A stretch of 64,000 nt of DNA from an uncultured Armatimonadetes bacterium (GTDB lineage: Bacteria; Armatimonadota; UBA5829; DTJY01). The translations under genes were made by a program, and so were the position numbers. The stretch covers positions 1,334,930 to 1,398,929 of the forward strand of contig OY970325.1 of the NCBI GenBank assembly GCA_963717145.1, written 5' to 3'. This document shows positions 38,794-47,866 of the stretch, one piece after another; position 1 is the first letter of the stretch, and the number at the start of each line of letters is the position of its first letter. The notes beneath the pieces were generated by a model. It had not been told where the DNA came from and ran no database searches. It worked only from the letters and a program-made list of their open reading frames with translations.

Positions 38794-40020
38794 ATGGGAT
38801 CAGAGATCGGGATTGAGAAGAGAAGCCTCCTGCGCTCGCTCGGGCCGGGGTTCATCACCGCTGCGGTGGTGATCGGGCCGGGAAGCGTCACGGTGGCATC
38901 GAAGATCGGCGCGTCGGCCGGCATGAGCCTCCTGTGGGCGGTGATCGTCGCAGGGAGCTTCATGATGCTCTACACTGCGATGTCCGCACGCATCGGGGTG
39001 CTGAACAAGCACTCGCTGCTGACACTCGTTGCGACGCACTACGGGAGGTGGCTCGCCGTCGTGATGGGCATCCTCGCGTTCGTGGTGTGCGCGTCATTCC
39101 AGATGGGCAACTACCTCGCGTGCAGTACGGCCCTCAAGACGTTGACCGGCATCCACGAGATGGTCTGGATGGCGGTGGTCGGCCTGACTGCGCTTGTTTT
39201 CGTCTTCGCAGCGAAGAAGCTCTACCAGGCGATGGAGAAGGTGATGCTCGCGCTCGTCATGTTCATGCTGGTGGCATTCATCATCAATCTGATCGTGTCG
39301 AAGCCAACCCTCAGCGAGGTCTTCGCGGGCCTGATCCCGAGCCGATGGCCCGGAGCGATGACCGGCCTCGTCACCGCGATGGTCGCGACGACCTTCTCCG
39401 TGATCGCAGCGCTCTACCAATCGACGATGGCCCAACAGAAGGGATGGGGCGCGAGCGATCTCCGACTCGGCTTGACTGACACGATGGTCGGCATCGGCGT
39501 TCTCACGGGCATCTCGATAGTGATCACAATGACATCGGCGTCGGTCCTGCGAGGCGCGGTCATTGCTGATGCGAGCGATCTGGCAAGGCAGCTCGACCCG
39601 CTCCTCGGGCATGCGTCGGTGATCATCTTCAGCCTCGGATTCCTGGCAGCTTCGTTCAGCTCGACGATCGTGAACGCAATGATCGGTGGCGGACTGCTTG
39701 CCGACTCGATGGGGATGAGTTCGGACATCAACGCCCGGCCATCACGGATGCTCACTGCATTCGGCATGGCAGTCGGGATGGCGGCGGGCATCTACACGCT
39801 TTTCACGAACACTCCACTCGGCGGGATCGTCCTGGCCCAGAAGAGCACAATCCTGGCGGTCCCTCTCTGCGCGCTGGTGATGATCGTGCTCGCGAACGAC
39901 AAGCGCGTGGTCGGCACACACCGCAACTCGCTCCTGTCGAACGCCTGGGCGGTGGTCGCACTCCTGGTGCTCGTCTGGATGAGCGTCTATCGGGTGATGG
40001 AGATGGTGGGAAATGGTTGA
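38794..40020 (+). CDS. NRAMP-like (APC-fold) transporter
   Basis: LGPGFITAAVVIGPGSVT, many TM segments, MVATTFS. Confidence 0.8.
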   Translation: MGSEIGIEKRSLLRSLGPGFITAAVVIGPGSVTVASKIGASAGMSLLWAVIVAGSFMMLYTAMSARIGVLNKHSLLTLVATHYGRWLAVVMGILAFVVCASFQMGNYLACSTALKTLTGIHEMVWMAVVGLTALVFVFAAKKLYQAMEKVMLALVMFMLVAFIINLIVSKPTLSEVFAGLIPSRWPGAMTGLVTAMVATTFSVIAALYQSTMAQQKGWGASDLRLGLTDTMVGIGVLTGISIVITMTSASVLRGAVIADASDLARQLDPLLGHASVIIFSLGFLAASFSSTIVNAMIGGGLLADSMGMSSDINARPSRMLTAFGMAVGMAAGIYTLFTNTPLGGIVLAQKSTILAVPLCALVMIVLANDKRVVGTHRNSLLSNAWAVVALLVLVWMSVYRVMEMVGNG

Positions 40021-40074
40021 TGGTTGATGGCTGATGGCCCCCCATTAACCATCAACAATCAACCATTCACCATC
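40014..40074. repeat. Inverted heptamer array (TGGTTGA / AACCATC)
   Basis: tggttga tggttga tggctga ... aaccatc aacaatc aaccatt caccatc. Confidence 0.75.
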
Positions 40075-40083
40075 GGGGTTTCT

Positions 40084-40518
40084 ATGCCAAACGTCCACAA
40101 AGACTTTCACGGGTGCTTCAGTTTCGGGCTGAAGTTCCTGCTCGAAAACTACGGGCCCGCCGAGATGCAGGAGTACCTGCGCCGCGTCGCTCGCACCGTC
40201 TACGCGCCTCTGATCGAGTCGATCCGGGATCGAGGACTCCCGGCGCTGGAGGATCACTGGCGCGCGGTCATGTCGATCGAGGAGGCGGATTTCGACCTTC
40301 ACTTCACGGACGACGACAGGCTCGTGCTCCAGGTCAGGGAGTGCCCGGCGATCACTCACATGCAGGCGCGCGGATACAAGGTGTGCCCGCGGTTCTGCAA
40401 GGCGACCCGCATCGTGAACGATGAGATCTGCCGACGCGCAGGGTACATCTCTGAGATCACCTACGATCAGGACACCGCGTCCTGCACTCAGCGGTTCCGG
40501 AAGGAGGCCGACCGATGA
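40084..40518 (+). CDS. Small Cys-containing protein (V4R/ATC-hydrolase-like fold suspected)
   Basis: HKDFH, ECPA, FC...T, C-terminal C; similar layout to the next gene. Confidence 0.6.
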   Translation: MPNVHKDFHGCFSFGLKFLLENYGPAEMQEYLRRVARTVYAPLIESIRDRGLPALEDHWRAVMSIEEADFDLHFTDDDRLVLQVRECPAITHMQARGYKVCPRFCKATRIVNDEICRRAGYISEITYDQDTASCTQRFRKEADR

Positions 40519-40952
40519 TCTCCTGCACCGAGTTCATCATGGCCTACAGCGAGTTGTTCGCGTTCATCGAGGAACGCCATGGCAAGGACGAGCTGATCCG
40601 CTTCTGGGAGGAGTTGGCCGACGAGTTTCTCTTCAACCTGCGCGACCTCGTGGCCGAGAAGGGCTTCGAGGGGATGCAGGAGTACTGGGGCCACACGCTC
40701 TCCGAGGAGGGCGCGGACTGCCGGATAGTGCTCACGGATGATGAGTTCCGCCTCGAGATGAACGAATGCCCGTCGGTGGCGATTCTCCGTCGGAACGAGC
40801 ATCTCACGCCCTACCCCGACTACTGCGAGCACTGCAAGGTGCTCTACCGCCGGGTGATCGAGCCGTTCGGGTTCAAGTGCGAGACGACGGTGCTCGATCC
40901 CGTGATGGGTCGGTGCGTGCTTCGGATGACGAGGGAGGGAAATGGAAAATGA
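40515..40952 (+). CDS. Small Cys-containing protein, distant paralog of the upstream gene
   Basis: MISCTEFI, EYW...EE, ECPS, YCEHC, GRC; ATGA overlap. Confidence 0.6.
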   Translation: MISCTEFIMAYSELFAFIEERHGKDELIRFWEELADEFLFNLRDLVAEKGFEGMQEYWGHTLSEEGADCRIVLTDDEFRLEMNECPSVAILRRNEHLTPYPDYCEHCKVLYRRVIEPFGFKCETTVLDPVMGRCVLRMTREGNGK

Positions 40953-41998
40953 AACATGCAAACTGTAAAATGAAAAAGGGGACATGGGGCTGGATTTTGC
41001 CTTTTGCACTTTGCATTTTGCACTTTTCATTTCCCCTATGCGCAAAGTCCGCGCCGTCGATCGCGTGGCAGCGCGGCCCCGATATGCCGAGCGCCCATGA
41101 CTACCTCGGGTGCGGAGTGATGGACGGCCTCTTCGTCGTCGCGGGCGGGGCCTACTGGGAGCACGATCAGAAGCATTACGGCCGGGGGACGATCGCATAC
41201 TCGCCGATCCAGGGCCGATGGATCACGCTCCCCGACCTCCCGAAGTCGGGCGCATACGGGGCGTCCGCGGTGATCGATGGCCAACTCGTGATCGCGGGCG
41301 GCGCGGATTCGACAGGCGCCCTCAAGTCGTGCTTCCGGCTCAGGCGCGTCGACGGACGGCTGAGATGGGATTCGCTCCCCGATCTCCCCCGACCGATCTG
41401 GGGCGCATCGGGGGCGGCGCTCGGTAAGCGATTCTACGTCGTTGGCGGCGCGCCGGGAATGGACCCACAGGCTCTCAAGGGCGCTCATCCGAGCCTCCTT
41501 ATGCTCGATCTCTCGGCGGTCCGGCCCGAATGGGTCGAGTTCGTCGGCCCCACCCTGCCCGCGGGTCGAGTCGGCGCGGCATCGGCAGTCGTCGGCACGA
41601 AGCTCTTCGTCTTCGGGGGATATGGGCTTCAGGCGGACCGCGCGCTCGGCAACTTTGCGGATGCGCACATGACCGATCTGGGTGAGAATCCGCGGACTTG
41701 GATGCGGATCAAGGCCATGCCGCTCACCATGAGATGGTCGTCCGCGCGAGCGATCGACGATCGGTACGTAATGATTGCCGGCGGATATGCCGAGAGTCAA
41801 AGCAGCGGGTTCCTTGATAAGGTCTGGTTCTATGACACGACGGACGACCAGTACTTGCCCTGTGATCCCCTACCCCTGCCGGTCGCCACAATGGCCTCGT
41901 GTGTGGGCGGCGATGGAACGATCTACCTCGCAGGTGGAGAAGATGCCTTGCGCCGCCGCTCGTCGGCGTTCTTCGTCGGCCGGCTCGGAGACCGGTAG
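40949..41998 (+). CDS. Kelch-repeat beta-propeller protein (NanM-like)
   Basis: Repeated GG-aromatic Kelch motifs (VAGG, VVGG, VFGG, LAGG); ATGA overlap. Confidence 0.75.
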   Translation: MKHANCKMKKGTWGWILPFALCILHFSFPLCAKSAPSIAWQRGPDMPSAHDYLGCGVMDGLFVVAGGAYWEHDQKHYGRGTIAYSPIQGRWITLPDLPKSGAYGASAVIDGQLVIAGGADSTGALKSCFRLRRVDGRLRWDSLPDLPRPIWGASGAALGKRFYVVGGAPGMDPQALKGAHPSLLMLDLSAVRPEWVEFVGPTLPAGRVGAASAVVGTKLFVFGGYGLQADRALGNFADAHMTDLGENPRTWMRIKAMPLTMRWSSARAIDDRYVMIAGGYAESQSSGFLDKVWFYDTTDDQYLPCDPLPLPVATMASCVGGDGTIYLAGGEDALRRRSSAFFVGRLGDR

Positions 41999-42049
41999 CC
42001 TGCGATCGGCGGGCCTGTCCCCAGCGAAGTTCGAGGAGTTATCGAAGTG

Positions 42050-42277
42050 ATGACCCGTGAATATACAGTAGTGCTGACTCCGGAGCCTGAGGGAGGGTTC
42101 ACGATCACCGTACCGGCACTGCCCTGCTATGTCGGACATGCGGAGACGGAGGAAGAAGCCCTCACGCTTGCCGAAGAAGGCATCAAGTTCCACATAGACT
42201 CGCTTATCGCAGAGGGACAGCCGGTGCCGGAGGAAGTCAACGCGCTTCGCGTCCTCAGACTCAGAGTGGCCGCGTAG
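42050..42277 (+). CDS. HicB family antitoxin-like protein
   Basis: YTVVLTPEPEGGFTITVPALP...ETEEEAL...GQPVP. Confidence 0.8.
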   Translation: MTREYTVVLTPEPEGGFTITVPALPCYVGHAETEEEALTLAEEGIKFHIDSLIAEGQPVPEEVNALRVLRLRVAA

Positions 42278-42337
42278 CCCAGCGTCTTCGCTCCTTGATC
42301 TCGATCGAGGTGATGAACATTGAGTAGGCCAGCACGC

Positions 42338-42775
42338 TCAAGGTGTCTTCGCGTAATACATCCCAAAGTCAGGGTTTCGGATGAGACGCACCTCTCCTCT
42401 CGCCACCGTCACTGGCAATCCAATACTGGTAAGCTTTTCAAGCGGATATCGCATCGACGCGTCGGGGTCCGGCACGTATAAGTAGCCGAACAGTTCTAAG
42501 CGCGGGAGCGCATCCTGGTTGTCCACGAACGCCCATGTGCCCTTATTCCTGACTTTCGCATGCTTGCCCTTGGGACTGAACTCCTGTACGTACGTGCCGT
42601 TCGCCAGCAACTGAAGCGTTTCCGTCCCATGATTCCGGCCATTATATGCGTGCGAGATTGCGTAGTTACCGACCACCATGCTCTTGGTGGCTCTGGGTCC
42701 ACAACTGGTACAGATGACTGCCATCACTGTCACCACGACCGCCATGAACGTGATGCCTGTGCTCCGTCTAATCAC
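42338..42775 (-). CDS. Hypothetical lipoprotein
   Basis: Signal peptide with CTSC lipobox-like end; ETLQLLANGTY, GTW. Confidence 0.55.
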   Translation of the reverse strand: MIRRSTGITFMAVVVTVMAVICTSCGPRATKSMVVGNYAISHAYNGRNHGTETLQLLANGTYVQEFSPKGKHAKVRNKGTWAFVDNQDALPRLELFGYLYVPDPDASMRYPLEKLTSIGLPVTVARGEVRLIRNPDFGMYYAKTP

Positions 42776-42814
42776 CTTGATCCTCCATCGATCTGATCGA
42801 CACCGAACCCCTGG

Positions 42815-44209
42815 CTAGCGGAACCTCACCGAGTACAGGTCCGCGTCCTTCATCTTCACACGCAAGCGCACGGGCTCGCCGGCGAGGGATGAGAGGTCGC
42901 TGCCACCCTTCCACTTCACCACCCGCTCGATCTCGTCGCCGTAGATCGGCGGGCAGTCGTCCATCGTGAAGCCCGGGATCGGCTCACTGGCAGCGTCCTG
43001 GATCTCGACGACGACCCCGCCGGGAGCGGAGGTCGAGTAGTTGATCACCAACTCCTTGCCCGCGAACGTGAGCGGCTTCGTGACGAACTCCCCTCCCCCA
43101 TAGCCCGCGTTGATCGAGACGAAGCCATCGGTGCGGACGGTCGTGCGGACCATGTGCGCGCTCGTATGGCGATAGTGCTGAGAGTAGTAGATGGAGATCT
43201 CGCCCGGCTTCAGCTCGAGGATCCCCCAGGCGGCCATCACATTGCGATCGGTCCAGTTCATCGGATCGAGGCCGGGGCGCATGAAGGCTTCGGGCCAACG
43301 ATGGAAGGTCATGCCGTCCCGGCTGCTCATGAACACACCGTCGGAGACGCCATCGATGGGATGAGACTCGATCGCCTTCCGCCCGAGGACGATGCGCTTC
43401 GGGAAGCCGAGGTATATGTGCGGCGCGCGGAAGTATGGGGTAATCGCGTTCGTGTAAAGCTGCTCGGGGGGCGCTCCCGTGTACTCCACCCATACGGGCG
43501 CGGACCAGTGCACGAAGTCCTTCGAGGTAGAGCACTTGATCTCGCGGAGGTGGTTCCGATAGCCCCTGAAGTAGCAGACGTACTCCCCGCGCCTGGCGTC
43601 CCAGAAGGCCAGGTTGTGCGAGTCGAAGTTGCCGTCGGTGATGACGGGCTGATCACCGATCTGCTTCCATCGGTATCCATCGGGGGATGTGTAAGCGAAA
43701 AGCGCGTTCCCTGTGCCCTCGGCGTTCATCGGGGCGACGGCCTTATACTGCTCCTCAGGCTTGGCGCCGGGATTGGAATCCTTGAACGGTGAAAACGCGT
43801 GACCGCCCGCGACCATCCAGACGATGTTGTTCTCCTTCGAGCCGTCGAAGTCGAAGAGCCCGAGCTTCGGCCGCGTGAAGTGGATTCCGTCAACACTCTC
43901 AGCGACACAGGTGAATTCGGGATGCTTGACCGTGCCCGATGAGCCGCGGTAGTACATGCGGTACTTGCTGCCATCATGGAACACGGTCACGTAGGCGCTC
44001 GTATCGCCCTCCCAGGGTGCGTCGAAACGGAATACCTCCTCTTGCGGGACGGGATGATGGAGCATCAACTCAACGCCATCCATCTTCTCGATCAGGTGGT
44101 CGTCCCACAGCGGCTCGAGGTGCGATCCGATGTCGATGGCGAGCTGGGCTTGGACCGCCGATACCAACATGGCGAGCGATATCATGAGCAGAACCCTCCC
44201 GGTGTGCAT
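42815..44209 (-). CDS. Secreted beta-propeller glycoside hydrolase-like protein
   Basis: YRMYYRG, ESVDGIHF, SPDGYRW, FDSHN, SRDG, RTDGFVS, DADLYS; GGAGG RBS. Confidence 0.7.
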   Translation of the reverse strand: MHTGRVLLMISLAMLVSAVQAQLAIDIGSHLEPLWDDHLIEKMDGVELMLHHPVPQEEVFRFDAPWEGDTSAYVTVFHDGSKYRMYYRGSSGTVKHPEFTCVAESVDGIHFTRPKLGLFDFDGSKENNIVWMVAGGHAFSPFKDSNPGAKPEEQYKAVAPMNAEGTGNALFAYTSPDGYRWKQIGDQPVITDGNFDSHNLAFWDARRGEYVCYFRGYRNHLREIKCSTSKDFVHWSAPVWVEYTGAPPEQLYTNAITPYFRAPHIYLGFPKRIVLGRKAIESHPIDGVSDGVFMSSRDGMTFHRWPEAFMRPGLDPMNWTDRNVMAAWGILELKPGEISIYYSQHYRHTSAHMVRTTVRTDGFVSINAGYGGGEFVTKPLTFAGKELVINYSTSAPGGVVVEIQDAASEPIPGFTMDDCPPIYGDEIERVVKWKGGSDLSSLAGEPVRLRVKMKDADLYSVRFR

Positions 44210-44298
44210 GAGTGCCTCCATGGAAATGGCGAATTGCCGCTGGGATTCTACCACTGGAAGGGCAGGTACGGCAAATGGCAGGACCCCTGCCGGCGTCC

Positions 44299-46308
44299 CT
44301 ACGGCCAGGGGAATGCCGGGGTTGGCGCGCCGGTCAGCATCCCGATCACCGCCCAGACCACAGCCATCCCGAACTCGCCGATGACCATCCCGAGGAACCA
44401 CGGCCGCGCCTTCATATAGAGGCTCATCCCGCCGTATCGCAGGATCAGCGATTTGACCAGCCATGCGACGAGGCAGGAGAACCAGAAGACCGACGTCGTC
44501 CACGAGATGCAAAGCGCGTATCCGAGCGGGTGGAACGGCCACCAGAAGAACATCGCCCGCATGTAGGACAGGAAGATGGTGACGATTATCCCCACGGCGA
44601 AGAAGACCGGCGCCTGCCACGTGAGCGCAGTCGTGCCGGCCATGTGCGTCTGGTATTCGCTGAAAGCCCAGACCGGGTTGCCCTGATACGTGTACCAGTA
44701 CATCGTGATCGCACCCTTGTGATACGGCAGCCACAATTGCAGGAAGCCCGCGACCCCGAGCGCGGCGATAATGGCGATACCGAAGACCGGGAGGAATGCC
44801 CTCCGCCGGACGTTGCTCCCATCGGCGATCTTCAGGCCGTCGAGGAATCCCGTCAGCAGCAGGCCTCTCTGGTCGCGCAGGAATGCACCGTCGAAGAAAG
44901 TCAGCATCATGATGTTCGACGAGCCGAGCGTATGGACCGGCGCGAACATGCGATAGAAGTCGATCGGCCGGAAGCTGGTCTCCGTCATCAGCATCCCCGC
45001 CTCAGCCGTGCTCCTGGCCATCACGAGCGCGATGATGAAGATGAAGACGCCGAACTCCAGCAGCGCGACCCAGAGCGACATACCTGCCAGGAGGCACCAT
45101 CCCATGATGAGCGCGAGACTGAGGAAGAGCCCCCAGAAGGCGACGCTGTATGGCATCATCTCCTGGCTGTCGTCGACCTTCTCCTGCCCGAGCGCGGCAC
45201 GAACGACGCTCTTCAGGTGCGGACGTGATACATAGACCAGGTAGGCCGCCAGGACGACATATGCACCGACGACCTGATAGCCGATGAAGAGCGGGGTGCC
45301 GTACATCGGCATGACCTGCGGCTCCATGTTGAATGATGTGGCGACGACGTCCTGCACTCGCGCAAGGATCGCAAAGAACCAGAGAGCGAACAGCAGGTCC
45401 GATGGCAGCAGGAAGAAGAACCCGATCGCCGCGAAAGAAAGGTATGCTGTCGTGAAGTACATGGTATCCCACGGTGGATTCACCAGGTATTCATTGATGC
45501 TCCGGCTCAGCAGTATCTGGGGAATGTTCGGATACCAGTTGTGAAGCCCGTTGAACGCGAATATCACCGCCGGAAGGGCCACTCCGCCCCAGAAGAGCTT
45601 GCTGCCAAAGAGAGATGTACCCGAGCCTTCGCGGACTAGTTCCAGCGGCGGCTGAACGAGCGGGAAGGCCAGCTTCTCGTTGTCTACCCACTGACGCCGG
45701 AGGATGCTCGCCAGGCAGAGGAACGCGAAGATGATCAGCAGGACCAGAATGCCCCACGCAACGAGAGGTACCAGCCACGCGCCCCACGGGATGCTCTCAC
45801 CGCCCCGCAGGCCCTCGTAGAACCTCTGTGCGGTAAGCTGCGGCTCCGTGCTCTGCGGGTCGAAGGGGACCATCCACTTCTTCATATGTGGGAAGAAGAG
45901 TTCCTGCCAGCGATTGGCGACGTTGGAGAAGTAGCTCGGCGTAACCAGCAGCGGGATGATCTTCTCCATCACGCCTCGCGAGGAGACCATCGATGCCACC
46001 AGCATCATGCAGTAGATCATCATCAACTCGCCCGCGCTGAGGCCGAATGCCCGGCGCAGGCGCTGCATGCCCTTGTTCAGAAGCATCAGGAAGAAGAATA
46101 TGCCGATCACGGCAGGCGGCATCTGGAGGAAGCCGATCTGGATGCTCATGATGACCAGTTCGGCATACGAGACTACGAAGCACACGAGGGCGACGAGCAT
46201 CAGGCCGATGATGATCGCCCGCAGGGAGATACCAGTGCGACCGCCGGCGCTCTCCGGCGGTATGGATACGGGTACTGGTGCTTTCTGGTCCGGGCCGGAA
46301 GCTGGCAT
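44299..46308 (-). CDS. DUF6785/DUF6784-like polytopic membrane transporter
   Basis: RRQWVDNEKLAFPL, WWPFHPLGY, KSLILRYGG, ARPWFLGMVIGE. Confidence 0.75.
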   Translation of the reverse strand: MPASGPDQKAPVPVSIPPESAGGRTGISLRAIIIGLMLVALVCFVVSYAELVIMSIQIGFLQMPPAVIGIFFFLMLLNKGMQRLRRAFGLSAGELMMIYCMMLVASMVSSRGVMEKIIPLLVTPSYFSNVANRWQELFFPHMKKWMVPFDPQSTEPQLTAQRFYEGLRGGESIPWGAWLVPLVAWGILVLLIIFAFLCLASILRRQWVDNEKLAFPLVQPPLELVREGSGTSLFGSKLFWGGVALPAVIFAFNGLHNWYPNIPQILLSRSINEYLVNPPWDTMYFTTAYLSFAAIGFFFLLPSDLLFALWFFAILARVQDVVATSFNMEPQVMPMYGTPLFIGYQVVGAYVVLAAYLVYVSRPHLKSVVRAALGQEKVDDSQEMMPYSVAFWGLFLSLALIMGWCLLAGMSLWVALLEFGVFIFIIALVMARSTAEAGMLMTETSFRPIDFYRMFAPVHTLGSSNIMMLTFFDGAFLRDQRGLLLTGFLDGLKIADGSNVRRRAFLPVFGIAIIAALGVAGFLQLWLPYHKGAITMYWYTYQGNPVWAFSEYQTHMAGTTALTWQAPVFFAVGIIVTIFLSYMRAMFFWWPFHPLGYALCISWTTSVFWFSCLVAWLVKSLILRYGGMSLYMKARPWFLGMVIGEFGMAVVWAVIGMLTGAPTPAFPWP

Positions 46309-46456
46309 GTCGTCTTTCTATCTGTCATTAGAGCGCAGAAGGGGGATTGCGCTGCTGGTCATTACGCTGAGGACACACGCAGAGTATAGCCGGACGAGAC
46401 GCGTCTGTCAAACACACGCGCGATGTTGGGTCTGGAGTTGGACTCCAGACCCAACA

Positions 46457-47782
46457 TCAGTCCAGAGGGCGAAGGTCGAAGGAATCGCGGAGACGGAGTG
46501 CGGGAAGGTAGGTGCTGCCATTCAGGAAGAAAGTGTTAATTCCGATCACTTGCACCCATCTTTCGACTGCTGGAGGAGTCAGTCCGTCGCACAACACCCG
46601 CAGCCCGATGCTGCCCGTACCATCCCTCACTCCGGAGCCATCATCCACGTAGAAGAAGCCGGTCCCACGATCCGTCACTCTTCCCCAGGTCCCGACCAAC
46701 ATCGCGGAGGTGCACAGGCCGGTCGTTCCGAGGGTGTGCGTCACACCCGTGTCCGGCCCATAGAGCGCAATGGACTTGGCCGTCATCCCGAGTGGCTTAA
46801 CCGTCCCGGGATCTACCTCCGTGAACGTCGACACTCGGATCGCTTTCTCTCCGTCCGACATCTCTATCGTCCCCGACAGGTTGACGATCCAGTCGCGAGG
46901 TGGCAATGGGCTTCCGATGAGCTTGATTCCGCTCGACCGCTCCGCGGACTCGATGCGACCACGATCGCCCGCCGAAGCGGTCACGATCGCCAACTCTACC
47001 GATATCTCTGTCCCGGGTGAGGCCTGCCTGGCCGTCGAAATCGTCACCACGGGCGGCGTCGGCGCATCCCCGTCATAGGCCATGCATCTAATCGCCCAGC
47101 CGCTTCCGAACACGATATTGCCCACAATAGAGCCTGTAACGGGGTCCACCTTGGATACGGTGCTACTGCCTGCGATCCCTGCCACCCACAGATGCCCGGC
47201 GCCGTACGTCAATGCGCGGATGCAGTTTGTATCTGATAATACGAACGACTGCGCGATCGTGCCGTCCGCGGGATTCACCTTCCTGACCCGGGCACAATGA
47301 GAACCGTCCACGACCCACAGGAAGCCGCCACCGTATGCGACGTGGAGGATCCCGGACGAGCCGACCGGACCGACGGAACTGATGAGGTCGCCGGTTGATG
47401 GATCGATCTTCGCGATCGTCGAGTTGTCCCTGGCGACCCAGAGGAAGCCGTCACCGTATGCGATCTCGACTCCGCAGTTGCTGCCCTGGAGGCCAATAAC
47501 ATTCACATCACCGGTCGTGGGATCGGTCCGGGAGACGGAATTGCAGCTGAAGGGGCCAAGGACCCAGAGCCGGCCTGCTCCGGCCGCGACTCCAAGCGTG
47601 CAAAGCTCGCCGCCTACGATGCTAAAGGTCTGGTCGGAGGTCCCGCCGGTCACCGGGTACCGATACAGCGAGCGGCACGACGACAGGTCCATCACCCATA
47701 TGGTATCCGCGCTCGCCATGCATGAGCTGAGGACAAGCAGCAGTAAGGTTAGGGGAATGAGGCGTCTACGCAGGATGACCAT
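46457..47782 (-). CDS. Secreted beta-propeller (Vgb-like repeats) with a C-terminal domain typical of Armatimonadota proteins
   Basis: Repeats AYGDGFLWVA...IDPSTG; C-terminal ERSSGIK, VKPLGM, VGTWGRVT, FFYVDDGSG. Confidence 0.65.
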   Translation of the reverse strand: MVILRRRLIPLTLLLLVLSSCMASADTIWVMDLSSCRSLYRYPVTGGTSDQTFSIVGGELCTLGVAAGAGRLWVLGPFSCNSVSRTDPTTGDVNVIGLQGSNCGVEIAYGDGFLWVARDNSTIAKIDPSTGDLISSVGPVGSSGILHVAYGGGFLWVVDGSHCARVRKVNPADGTIAQSFVLSDTNCIRALTYGAGHLWVAGIAGSSTVSKVDPVTGSIVGNIVFGSGWAIRCMAYDGDAPTPPVVTISTARQASPGTEISVELAIVTASAGDRGRIESAERSSGIKLIGSPLPPRDWIVNLSGTIEMSDGEKAIRVSTFTEVDPGTVKPLGMTAKSIALYGPDTGVTHTLGTTGLCTSAMLVGTWGRVTDRGTGFFYVDDGSGVRDGTGSIGLRVLCDGLTPPAVERWVQVIGINTFFLNGSTYLPALRLRDSFDLRPLD

Positions 47783-47866
47783 CTCTTAGACCACTGACGG
47801 CGGCGTAAGGACTGTGCTACTGAAAGAAAAGCGATTATCACCAAGTGATAGGCCGGAGACATTATA

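Noticed and set aside
44210-44734. N-terminal extensions given by the ORF track (also 4266, 5713, 40766, 57330)
   Set aside because: They overlap neighbouring genes or repeats; better starts with an RBS or gene overlap lie downstream
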